Below are positions 51,101 through 62,934 of a DNA stretch of 64,000 nt, in pieces. The notes beneath the pieces were generated by a model. The model was given only the letters and a program-made list of their open reading frames with translations. It searched no databases and was not told the DNA's origin. Source of the stretch: Lama guanicoe (taxonomy: Eukaryota); contig MU053810.1 in the NCBI GenBank assembly GCA_013239625.1, positions 1,499,518-1,563,517 of the forward strand. Direction: 5' to 3'. The translations under genes and the position numbers were made by a program. Position 1 is the first letter of the stretch. The number at the start of each line of letters is the position of its first letter.

Positions 51101-51699
51101 ACCTCCACCTGCTTTTTGGGAGGTTGACAGAAAATGGATTCACAATCAGGGTGAAGTTGAAGGTCTGCAAACTGCACCTGTAGAGAATATAAATTTGTGG
51201 GCCTGCTTCACACAGCATGGTTAACTCACTTAACTTCCGGCTGTGACACCGGTGAGCTGTATTTAACATCAAAGCACCAGAGAAGGTCACCCAGGTCCCG
51301 CAGGAAAGTCTGTCAAACTTATTGCAGCTCGGCAGGAATCCTGCGGGGGCCTAAGGCGTGGAGAGCTGTGAGCCTCTGGTCACGGGTGGTACCTTGCAGC
51401 GCTCAGGCACTTCTGTTCAGGGTGGCCCTCATGGGTGGGCAGTCGATAGATATACCAACAGGCTTGCAAAGCAGTAAGGAGCTTGCCGGGAGTGATGGTT
51501 TGTTCATTTCAGTGTATGCAGTGACAGGAGGGCACGGAGAAGCTTGCGTCTGTTTTGTTGTTGTTGTTTTTAAGCAAATGCCACCTGCCTCGCCATCCTT
51601 GAGGATACGGAGAAAAGCTGAGTATTTAATCATGGAGTTTTATGCAAAATTATATTCAACTTAACTAACCTGCACTTGGCACAAACTTCCCCCCTCCTG

Positions 51700-52015
51700 G
51701 AGTGAGCGATCGCAACGGGGCAGTTGTTGAAATCACACACTTGATGAGTTGACTTTTCTGTTCACGAGCTGTGCATTCCGAAGCAGGCTTTCGGCAGCCT
51801 TTGTGGGACGGCAGTTAGAGCTGGAGTCGCCTGCTGGTTTGCACACAGTGAAATGAGAAGGCAGGCGGCCTGCAGCGCTTTCTGGTGATTGTTTTGTGCC
51901 AGGGTTGATCAGCTAAGCGGCACGCTCACTGTACCTATTCGCTGGAATTAGAGAGTTCCCACGTACGGGCATTTAGTGCATCCACGTGGGTGCATTAAGC
52001 AGAACAAGTGAACCG
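51700..52015. promoter_or_regulatory. CpG-enriched candidate enhancer with E-box/HRE motifs
   Basis: 17 CpGs counted in about 315 bp. CCACGTGG at 51982-51989 and TACGTG on the minus strand at about 51960-51965. No repeat recognised. Confidence 0.35.
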
Positions 52016-53177
52016 GAATATCAGGGAGTAGAGTTGGTATTTCCCCTTATTTTTCAGTATAGGACAAACGGGAGTAAATATAGAAATTTTGGAGCCTAAG
52101 AGAACTGACACACAGTACAGTTCTCCCTGGCTGGTTAGTACTGGAGGTGAGTTTAGAGAAGCAAAATTGCCGGTTACTCACATGACAATCTCTGTAGATT
52201 ATGACTCCAGCTTTGTACCAGTCCCATGGAAGCAAATAAAAACAAGAAAAATAATGATTTCTGTTATCTAGTAATGACAATGATGATCTTAGCTAAGGAT
52301 CCAGGCGGATCCTTGGGGACATAAGAATCTTACATCCCCGTTTGAATGGACAGTCGTCCCCATTCTAGCTTAGTTAAATGGGAAGTAGAGTTCTGCACTG
52401 AGTAGAAGGTCTCAAGTGAAAAATTGATTACAGGATATAATTGCCTTTTCAGCTGTATATTTAATTTGAAAAGAGTAAACAGCCCACATGCAGGTTTTTA
52501 TCGTCTGCTGCATCATATTGTCTGAAAATCACCGAAATCAGTAGAGAAGGGATTGTTTGCTTAACAGAAACGTCCGAGGGCAGGAATCTACAGCACTGCT
52601 GTGCTGAGCCCATCACAGCTGGGACATGTATGAGGCAGTTACGGAGAAAGGGCTGATTGAATCATTCCTCAAGAATCTAAGATGGGTGGAAATGAACCAA
52701 TGCAGAATTTTCTTTCCATGTTTTCCTTTGGTTGTTGTCATATTGTAGGGGAGACATTAGTAACAGGGGTGGAATCTCGAATGTCAATCTTGCTTAAAGT
52801 GTGTCCCTCCCCATTCCCCATACTGCCTTTGGGAAATGTGGCCTGTGGAAGACCTTCATGTGAAATGGGAAAGCACATGGTGTGGGGAGTTGTTCAAAGT
52901 TTACTGAAAGGAGACAGGATGAGTATTTGAACATCTGTCAGCATCAATGACAACCCTTCAGATTTTGATCACTGCATCATCTGTTAAGATAGACTTGAGA
53001 AATTTACAGGTAGCTCCAGATCCAGAAGTTTCCTCAGTTTGGATGAGTGTTGTCCCAACACTTTCCATCTCTTTCCTCCTCATTTCTACTGCTCGAGTCC
53101 CAGGTGCATCGACCTTTCCTTATTCGGCTGCTCTCCAATTAACCATAAAGCTGACGTTCCTGACAAAAGTCACCCAC

Positions 53178-53640
53178 TCATTCATTTAGTCACTCAATTT
53201 GTTTTGAGTGTCTAACACATTCCAAGTGCTCTGCTAGAATTCTGAGAATGAAAAGGATTAAAGAAAAGGTAACCCTCCCCTTGAGGAACTAGCACACAAG
53301 GCGCTAAAGTGCAGTGGAACGTGATAGGTTATGAACCACATGCCTGGGGCACACGGTGGGCAGGTGGGCAGGACACCACCTAGAAGAGCCGGGACGACTT
53401 CCCAGAGGAGGCTGATATTTGACTTGGCTCTCAAAGGATGAGATGACATTTTTCTGATGCAGGCAGAATAAAGGGCAATTCAGGTAAAGAGACAAAATTA
53501 TAATAGGAATTAGGGAATTAGGAAAAGGTGTAATATCTTCCTGGAATAATAAGAAGTTCAGTGGCACTAAATCTTACGTTCACGGTAGGCTGTGAAGGAC
53601 TTGAAGTCTGGGGGTAGATGTAGGCACAAGCTTCTGATGG
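53178..53640 (-). mobile_element. L2 3' region
   Basis: 'cattcatttagtcactcaatttgttttgagtgtctaac...caagtgctctgctag' and 'cttcccagaggaggctgatatttgacttgg'. Confidence 0.7.
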
Positions 53641-56600
53641 GCACTGTACACCATTTTGTAAGATTTCTAGCTTTAGGCATCAGGGAATGAATGAGTACCT
53701 TAATGTAATTAAGGCTTTTACAGAAAGAGCTTTTGATTATGCAAAAAAAAATTTTAAAAATAGATAAGTAAGCAGAAGAAAATAAAGAGCATTCATATCA
53801 CATTGATGGCGTAGGGACACCTGGGAGCCCATCCTATGGTGATGTACTTCAGAGCTCCAGGTCACCCTGGGGTGGGGTTTGGTTCAGATGAACTTGCTGC
53901 GACAGGGAGAGAGAAGAGGAGCCTGGCTTTGGTGGGTTTTATTGTAGAGAAGACCCTTGTCCTTGCTTCTACCCTAAAGTGAGCCATCTCTAGTGGTCAG
54001 AGGGGAGATAAAGGCTTCTTATCCTTTAATAATGGACCTAATTCTCTAGAGGGTGTCTGTTTTCTACCACAGAACTCGAGTAGGGCTACAGCCCTTGATG
54101 AATCTCCAACTCTCCGATTTCCTGTCTGGAGTGATTCTAGAAATGCCTTCTGTACATGGAATTATATGGTTCTCTTTCAGCAACGTGAAAGGTTAAATAG
54201 ACTGTCAAGGGAACTCATATCACTTTGTGGAAATTTGTTCTCACCTTTTAACAACTAACAAATTATTTTAACAGTAGTCTTTTAAAAATCATGTTCTAAA
54301 GTTCCCCTGAATCTTATTTCCTTCTGACTCTGAAGCTATTTGTACACAAACATAGACTTGAGATCAGCTTTTCTTCTCTTGGGCAGAATCAGAGTGTAAG
54401 CAAGGGCTGGCACAAAGCTATGGGTCAGGAAGAAAAAAGAAAAGACAAATCTGCTTTTTCATCCAGGCTCTCTGAAATATAGCCCCTGACACCGGAAACT
54501 GCCAGCTGGTTACATATCCTGAGAAGAGGGAAGAGAGAATAGTTTTCATGGCGATTTTGTGTTAGTGTTCTCCAGACTCATTTCATTCTCTAGGCTATTC
54601 ATATTTAGGGGATGAAAATCACTTCATAGCTAAAACTGCTATAGCAACTGCTATTCTGAAATTTCTGTAGCACTCAGTTTTCCTGGGCGGTTGATCTGCT
54701 TCGAGAATCCAGAAGTAAACTCTCTCTAGTGTCTTTGGGGAATAGGTCCTTCAGACATCAGTTCATGCTCTTGAAAGAGCACATTCTCATTCTTCCTTTT
54801 ATTTCCCCGGGATTTCATTTCCCAGCACATTTTTTTTCTTTGTTTTTCAGTACATTTTAAGTTCCCCAGATTCCCCTAATACCATTTAAATGTGAGGTAT
54901 ACTCCTTCTAGGCCCGGATTCTAAAATTTCATTTTGGGAGATTATTTCATTAAGAGGCTGACCGAAATCAGTTTTTAAAAGAGGGATGATATATCTCAGT
55001 TGGAAATGGAACTTCTGGAGCAAACATTTATTGGTTTAAAGGAGGAAAGTACCTTCCTTTAAAAAAAAAAAAGAAAAAATGGGATTTTTTTTCACTTGAG
55101 CTCTCTGCAAACCACTAATAAGATCTTTAGTGCTGTGATCTTAGCATAATTCATGATTGTCAAGAGGAATATTTGCCGACTTAGAGGGTATGTTGACTCT
55201 TATCAATGAAATGCAATGAGGCTGGTATTTGTACTCAGATTTTTTTTTTATTAATTTCAAGCACAATGGACTTGTGCCAAATACACAGTAAGACTGAAAG
55301 AAAAAACATAGCCAGTCCATGATAAGCAGAGGTGGACATTGATTTTATAAAATATGTCAGCTACATTTGGGAAGATGGCTAAACAAGTGAAAACAGAAGG
55401 ATTTTAGAAAGAAAAGAACAGGTGGTCCAGGTGTTGTAAGATGAGCTTGGTAGCAGCAAGTGTCATCAAGAACGCGTGGGAAGGAGGGCTTGTCTGTTTG
55501 TTCAGATGGCCTGTTTTCATTGGCCGAGCATGTAATGCAGTGCAGGGAAAGGGGTCTCATGAACCCGTTCCCTCTTGTGAGATGACCCTGGGCTCTTCAA
55601 AAGCCATGAGGATGAGCCCGCTGGCACCCTCCTCTCCTTTCCAGCATCCACCATGGGACTCTTCCCTTCCACTCTCATCTCTGAATGTCATGAGCAGCCC
55701 CTGGTTTGCCCAGGGCACCAGGCTGCGAGCTGGGCTGGTTTGAATGCCTGTCCTTAAGCTTCAGCCAAGCAGCTTTTTTACAGATGCACATCGTTCGACA
55801 ATTCACAGTTAATATGTTACTCAAAAGGTGCGCATAAATCATTTAAAAATGTAGATTAAATGTTCGATCCGGTGGATCACTTATTAAGGGAACCCTACAG
55901 CAAATCTTTTTTGAAAGAAGGATCTCTTTATGATGTCAGTAACTTACCAGCGCCCTCTAGGTTTGGCCTTGTATTTATTTGATAGATTTAAAGTCGGATA
56001 AAGCTGTTTTCAGGCCGTTCCCCTCTGTGGGGGTCCAAATTGAGTTTCACCAGCTCACTTACCAGTTCTGCTGCCGCACGCCTCACAGGAGGGCCAGTGG
56101 TTTGGCTGGAGAGAAGGCAGATAGTGTGTGTTTCCTCGGACTCTCCCTTCCTGCCACGCAGGGCTCTTCAGGCTTCCCGCCAAGCTCCCTATTGCTGCAG
56201 ACGATGAAGACCCGCACACTCGCATAAATAAAATTACCGGATCTTCTAGGATGACAAATTTGGGAAATGTACCTAATGTGTGTAATTTCAAAACAGGAAA
56301 TATCTTCTAATTTGGGAAGTTTGGAATGTGTGTATTTAAGTTAAATAATTAAAATTAAACAAATCTGATTAAATCTGATTAAAAACAAAACAAAACAAAC
56401 TTCCTGCCTGAAGGTCTTGAATGTCTGTACAAACAGATTTTTAATGCTGTGCATCACATGCTGTTCAAATAAGCTTCCAGTCCCAGTGGGTCTCCGGTCA
56501 GCATCCCTTCCTGCGTCATTGTGTCACGGCAACATAGTTTTTGCAATTTTAATTAAAATTCTGACAAAGTAGCAGATACCAGCTCAATTGCTGGTGTTCT

Positions 56601-57439
56601 TCTTATATCTGGTTTACTAATTTTCTAGATTTTTTCTGAAGGTCTGTTTTTTTCACCCATTTTCTCTCTCCTTGTCTTTCTTCCAAGCCCTCTGCTTTCT
56701 TTTCTCAGGATACAATACACATCTTTCCTGATCCTGATCTGGTCTCACCCTCTAGCCTTCCTTTCCATGTACCAAGACCATGCAATCAGCCAACTGGAGT
56801 TACCAGAGTGGCTCTTCTGACAAGGTTCCAAGTCTCTTTCAACAGCTATTAAAATAAACATGTACTTTCAAAGACTTGCTTTCAACTTCTTTCATTTGTA
56901 TTTATTTGTTTGGCACAATGGCATTTTCTGATGTCCTTTTATTTCTGATCTTCTGCTTTAGGATTATGTTTTCTTCTGCACAGTGAGACACCAACCACAT
57001 ACGCAGTCAGTTGAAAAAGAGCAAAAGACAGCTTTCCACATCAAATGACTTTTAAGTAAATTGTAATCTTTTGATAGATTACCGACATATCTTGTATTGG
57101 AGGTTTTAGTTACAAAGCCCCAAGTCAGAATGTTATGGGAATTAAGAACACATTCCTTCTGAGCATGTCTGAGTACCAAACTTTCCAAACCAAATATGCG
57201 TCAGAATTCATTGTGCTCTGCTTAGGTGATCCATCACATCTGAGACATGCAGGATCAAGTCCACAACTTGCGTCAAGTCACAAGTGATTTGGAGAGGTTT
57301 TGGCACATTCAGTTACCTTTCACCTTTGTCCTTTTATTTAGGACACCCTTGCTGCTGTATCTATAACTTCTCTTTGCCAGAGAGGGGCTAGATCATATTT
57401 TGACAGGAGATTAGAAGAAGAAAATCAATGTAAACTAAG

Positions 57440-57640
57440 CAAGAGTGGTAATGAACATGCACCGTAGTTAGCTAAGTCTGGGTTGGACTTCTAGACCACT
57501 TGAATTTGTGGGATCTAAGCCAGGCGATTTAACCCATGTCAAGGCCAAATTCTTCTTCATCAAAGGGACATGGTACCTTCTGCGTAAGGTTGATATGTAT
57601 ATGGTTGATAGTAAGAGCTCACGCTGTGAGCTTTCTTTCC
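57440..57640 (+). mobile_element. MIR SINE (degenerate)
   Basis: 'tctgggttggacttctagaccact...gatttaacccatgtcaaggccaaattcttcttcatcaaaggga'. Confidence 0.5.
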
Positions 57641-58011
57641 TATTATGATAATAGCGCGGGCACCTTAGTGGAAAGCAAAGATATACGTTAGAGTCATGAC
57701 CTGACTCTGCTTCAATCCCCCACTCAAGTTCAGTTACAATTTGCTAAGATGTTTTGTTGGCAAAAGAAGGATGATCAGCACAATTTCTTCTTCTCTTTCC
57801 ATGTTGGGTATGGCTGGTACAAAAGAAAAATGCAGTGTGCTGATTTAGCAGTGTTTTCTTTCTAGACTGTTTTTTTCGGGGGCTCCCAGAGCTGGTCTAA
57901 GAGCTACCTAACCACCTATAATTTGGGGATCTTCATCCAGACCTAAATGATATTCTACTCCTTTTGTGATTCACTCACTAAAGTGAAGCAGGCCTTTCAA
58001 TGGTTTCTTTA

Positions 58012-58034
58012 AAACAAACAAACAAACAAACAAA
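58012..58034. repeat. (AAAC)n microsatellite
   Basis: Seen directly. Confidence 0.9.
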
Positions 58035-59184
58035 ATCACACGTTTCATGTATCTGCGGAAGTATGTTGACTCTTAAAGCCGACTGCATTTCAGCATCAGT
58101 GCCGACCTCGCTGATGCTCCAGGGCTGCTCCTTTCCAGAAAATGGAAATAGACTCCCATTGAAGATTTAGTAGAAAAATAGTAAAAAAAAAAAAAAATCA
58201 TAATTGTGCTCAACAAGTCCTTGTGAGGGCTTCTAGCCTCTTCAACACACACACTTCTTGTGGTCTGGGCTGGCCTTGGAGTTCACGGTTGGTACATGAT
58301 GACCGTGGGGACCGAAGGCCCTTTGAGGACACAGATGGCCTCCTTGCTGGCTCCACCAGCCCCCAGTGCTCCTGGGCTTTCGCACCAGTAACAGGCTGGC
58401 CGGCTGCTGGGGCCAGCAGCGCACTCTGCCCTGACAGCTGACAGGTGGTGTGGGCCTGGAGTGGAGGACTAGCCTTTTCAATCTGGAAAGCTGCCAAGTG
58501 GGCACCTGGCAGGTGGAAGAGCCCACGGCAGCGTGAGCGATGGCTCCTTTCATTTCATCCCAGGCAGAAATAGAGGCATAAGGGTAGGTTGGAGGAGGCA
58601 CATGTGTTAGGAGATAACACCAGGGAGCCCGGGCTTGGCACTGGCTGCCTCCTCTGGTCCCCGTGCACACATCTGGGCTGTTGCCACAGACGAGGCCACA
58701 GCCAGGCATCTTTGTCCTCGCCTGGTCACCTAGCAGAACCTTAAAATTGATACAATTGACCCAACTTCTACTTTTTGGAATCCTGTTCATGATAATCACA
58801 GCAGTGAAGTCACCTCACCCCGAGATGTGCACTGAGCCTGGAAATAGCCATATGTAACGGCCTTTCAATGTAAATGACATTCAAAGGAATTAGCATTCTG
58901 AAAGCACATCTTAGAACAGTGGAGGTACAAGCACAAAAACTCTACCAGGACAGGAGAGATGGGAAAAGACTAGTGTAAACCGTCAGAAGGATAGCTTTGG
59001 CAAGAATCACACCCAATAGCTAGATCCTGTTTCTCCTTTACTGATGCACCTAGAATTCATCAGCATTTGTCAAAAATCAAGCAAATACGTCTTACTTCTA
59101 TTCTGATACAAAAAAGGAAATGTTTAGATCTCTAAGGAGCAGAATTTTAAAATTTCCTCTGAGAACATCTTGATTTTTTTAAAA

Positions 59185-59422
59185 AACATTTTTATACCCT
59201 GAAGTATAATTTGCATATAGAAAAATGTGCATATTTCTGATTGTAAGCACGATGTAGTCTCACTGTTGTACCAGCACCCTGGTGAAGAAACAGGACATCT
59301 CTGGTACCCTAGAAGTCCCCTGCACTTTTTCTTGGTCATACTCCCCCACCCCACCACTCCTAGGACCTCCTCTACCCTGACTTCTGCTACATTGTTTTGC
59401 CTGTTTATTTTACACTTTATAT
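59185..59422 (-). mobile_element. Old L1 (L1ME/MC-class) 3' end
   Basis: 'gaagtataatttgcatatagaaaaatgtgcatattt...aagaaacaggacatctctggtaccctagaagtcccc...gttttgcctgttt'. Confidence 0.75.
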
Positions 59423-59643
59423 CAGGGGTCGGCAAATATTTTCTGTAACAGGCCAGATAGTAAATATTTTAGGCTTTGGGGTTATGGAATCTCTACTACA
59501 ACCATGCAGCTCTGCCATTGTGACGTGAAAGTAGCTGCAGGCAATACGTAAACATGTAGATGTGGCTGTGTTCCAATAAAGCTTTATTTACAGAAACAGA
59601 TGTTGGTTCGAATTGGCTGGTGGTGACAGCTTGCCAGCCTCTA
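59423..59643. mobile_element. MER58A hAT-Charlie MITE with 8-bp TSD
   Basis: 'caggggtcggcaaatattttctgtaacaggccagatagtaaatattttaggcttt...tggctgtgttccaataaagctttatttaca'. Flanks ctttatat/ctttatgt match 7/8. Confidence 0.93.
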
Positions 59644-59683
59644 CTTTATGTAATGCCTGCTGGTATCTTTGTGAGAGCCACCG

Positions 59684-59815
59684 ACTAGTGCATCGGGGCC
59701 AGCCCATACCAGCTCCTGAGGGCCAGTTGTACACATCTCTTCCCGACTCAGCAGTGACTTCAGTGGGGTGTTTACCCCATGGAAGTTGGCAGATGCTACA
59801 AACCATGCTCCCCAC
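59684..59815. mobile_element. MER63-like hAT-Blackjack fragment
   Basis: 'gccagcccataccagctcctgagggccagttgtacacatctcttcccgactc...tttaccccatggaagttggcagatgctacaaa'. Confidence 0.72.
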
Positions 59816-60099
59816 CCCGACTCCCCATTTGCTTTGGAAGGTGACAGAATTGGGTCTCAGTGGCAACTCACTTACTGTCTCCTCCTCTTCCCTTCATCTG
59901 TAATGGGGGTGTGGAAACATCCAGAGATAATGTATATAAAGTGGTGAGCAGGGTGACTGTTACCTGTTCCATTCCAACACAGTGACCATGTTCTAGAATA
60001 TTTCCAGGTATAAGTAGATAGTGAGAGTTCATCTTAGCGCTTTTTATCTTCTAATTTTGGATTTTTTCTCCAGCATTTGCACCTCACTCCCCAGGTACA

Positions 60100-60700
60100 C
60101 TGAGACCTACACCTGCCTCACCTTTCATACCTAAAATTAGCCTGATGTCCTTTGGTCCTCTGCATCTTTAGCCCATCTTACACAACTGTCACCTGGTTTA
60201 TCTTTTCCAAAGTGTGGCATTTATTTGCTTGCGGGGCAAGTTAATGGTCCCCAATGCCCAGAAATTGAACATCTTCCCTTTTAGCAAGTCATGTATCATC
60301 CCAATTGCACATCTTCACTGTTGTGTCATGACCTGGGCCCTGAGATTATAGAAGAGAATGCCTGCTCTGCACCACATCCAGAATATGCCAGCGCCTCGGG
60401 TCATGCTGGTGCATCTCCCCTTGTCAACTCCACTGAACTGTCTGGGCCGGTCTCCATGACACCTCCTCGCTCTCCGTTCTTATCTAAGCCCTGCCTGCTA
60501 CCTCACCCACAGCAGAATGAATTGTTCCCTCGTCTATATCCCTATGGTTATTTGCGCTTCCCATTTGTTGTAGCACCTATCACATCATAATCAGCTGTTT
60601 GTGTATCTGTCTCTCCTGTTAAGTGAGAGTGTCATTAGGGCAGAGGTTGTATTTTTCCTCTTAATATCATCACACCATAACTTTGTGCCAGTAGTTTGCT
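60100..60700 (+). mobile_element. L2 fragment (degenerate)
   Basis: Pyrimidine-rich body ending in 'tgtttgtgtatctgtctctcctgttaagtgagagtgtcattagggcagagg'. Confidence 0.55.
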
Positions 60701-61552
60701 GGAATGTAAGTCAGAAAACCAGGGAAGCCCAGGAGGATAATAATTTGGGTTTATTGCCACATCCCGTTGGAGGACTTGCCGTCTCTGGACAAGCTCATGT
60801 AAATAGACTTCCTCTCTGGATGAGAAAGGACTCCTAGTCAAATCAACATCTGAGAAAGAGGCAGTGCCCAGTTCTTGGTAACTGTTCTATCTCCGGAACA
60901 CCTTTAAGAGAGTGTTTAACCCACTTATGTGGTGTGATGTTGGCTTGTGGGACACCAGTTGTAATTGTGGCTTGAGGCACCGCATAAGCAGCAGCTAACA
61001 CAATTCCTCCAGCCCCAAATGCCTTTTGCATTTGACTTCTCAGTGGTTATAAAGACTCAAAATCTCTATTTACATAGTGGCATTCCTGCTTGCAACTCCC
61101 ATGTCCATCAACATCACAACTTACAACATCACAACTTAACAACATTGCAATACACTATGTATAGAAATGTTGCTTATCTTACGTTGCCATATGCCAGGAG
61201 CACAGCGGGGAAGCTGGAGGGTCTAACTCAGGCCAAAGCCTTAAATGGTTCCCAGGGCAGGAGTCTGATCTCTCACAAGCAAGTTTCAGTTACCTGGTAC
61301 TGCAGGAAGATAAAGTTGGAAAGATGGTGAGGCCAAGTTGAAGTAGCACTTCAGAGACGGGCCTCTGCTGGGTGGGCACAGATGTAATTAAAGGTTGATT
61401 ATCAGGAGGGTTGGAACAGAGCTGGGTCATGGGGAGATTAAACTGGCAGTTGTTCACAGAATAAATCGAGATATGAAGAAACAAAATCTAGAACAAAATC
61501 TAGACATCCTGTGAGAGGTCTGTTACAATAGTCCCTTATTGTAAGTAACACG

Positions 61553-61916
61553 GTGTGTGTGTGTGTGTGTGTGTGTAAAGAGAGAGAGAGGAGAAGAATC
61601 AGGAAAGCCTGTGGTGTAATTTAGCCTGAGATTGAATGTCTGAGAACCAGGAGCTCCAGTGTCCAAAGGCAGAAAATGGAGAGAGAGAGACAGAGGGAAT
61701 TCACCCTTTCTCCACCGTTTTGTTCTGTTTGGATTCTTAGTGGACTGATGATGCCTGTCCACTCTGGTGAGGGCAGATCTCCTTTGCTCAGTCTAGGGAT
61801 TCACATGCTTAATCTCTTCCAGAAATACTCTGAGAGATACACCTAGAAATCATGTTTTATCAGCTATCTGAGCATCCCTTAGCCCAACAAATTGACACAT
61901 ATAACTAACCATCACA
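61553..61916 (-). mobile_element. MLT2B-type ERVL LTR with internal (GT)n/(GA)n
   Basis: 'aatctcttccagaaatactc...acacctagaaatcatgttttatcagctatctgagcatcccttagccc...ttgacacatataactaaccatcaca' is the reverse complement of the MLT2B 5' end. Confidence 0.9.
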
Positions 61917-62883
61917 AATGGGAAGCAAGGAGAGAATGCATATGAAAAATATAACAGATAGATTTTTCTGAACTTCAGAATCAGTTCTGTGTAAGTGGCA
62001 AGAAGAAATACTCCTGGAATCAAACAACAGAATCAAAAAAAGATTTCAGGGTTTCCTGCTCTAGTGGTTGAGAACGTTGAACTGCAGATAAATACATACT
62101 AAAAAGTTGCAAAGCTGTTGAATAATACAAATTAACCAATTAACATATTTGAGTCCCCTCTGGGACATCTGTGTTGGAAATTTTATAAATTAATGAGGTG
62201 AAACAGCCATTTCTCAGCCGAGATGCAGTGGGACTTTAACAGTATAAAGCAGCATTGCCAGTGACCTGGGATACAGATTGGAGATGAAGGGATTGATTAT
62301 GCCCAGAAATGAAGGACCATCTAGAGAAAACATTATTTTTAAAAAAGGAATGCCAGGGAGTTATATCTGTCAATAAAAGTCAACCCCAGTTCAGAGTTTT
62401 TCGATGATAGTTAAATTTCATCAAATTAGCGTATGGGACATGGTTTTTCCAGGATGACAAGAGAATGTATTATCTAGTGACACTTTTAAGCTTCCATTTT
62501 TCACTTGCTTGTGAGATTTTATCATTGTGAAATCTCACAAAAAGTTAGGTCTAAAAGGGCTGAAATTTTTCTCCTCTTTGTTTTTTTTTGTTTTTCCCCT
62601 TTGGAACAATGGCACTTGACGTATGGGGAGGAGAAAACAATACAGCAGCTGAAAAAGATGTAATATTTATAGGTTCTACTAAAACATACTGTTGGGCAAA
62701 ATGTGACAAATGTGGCATAAATGGCAGAAAATGTGGATGTTTTTCGCTCTGAGAAGAGAATTTTATTTTTCCAATTATAACTTTGAAAATCTAAAAGATG
62801 CTTATTTGAACTTGGGATGCCAAGGCAGGGGGAGAATTATATTGATGTGGTTGACATTTTATGTGTTTTTTATACATATTTAT

Positions 62884-62934
62884 ACACACACACAGACACA
62901 CACACACACACACAGACACACACACACACACACA
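62884..62934. repeat. (CA)n microsatellite with two GA interruptions
   Basis: Seen directly. Confidence 0.93.

Noticed and set aside
51197..51664. 155-aa plus-strand ORF
   Set aside because: Non-ATG start, no recognisable protein similarity, and it runs through a (TTG)n low-complexity tract.
58242..58799. Longest ORF in the track (185 aa, minus strand)
   Set aside because: It lies in a GC-richer patch where long open frames arise by chance. There is no recognisable domain or splice structure, and other frames are open too.
61107..61504. Short tandem duplications (acatcacaactta x2, acaaaatctaga x2; similar ones near 38145, 44320 and 56360)
   Set aside because: Ordinary slippage duplications of 9-15 bp with no further structure.
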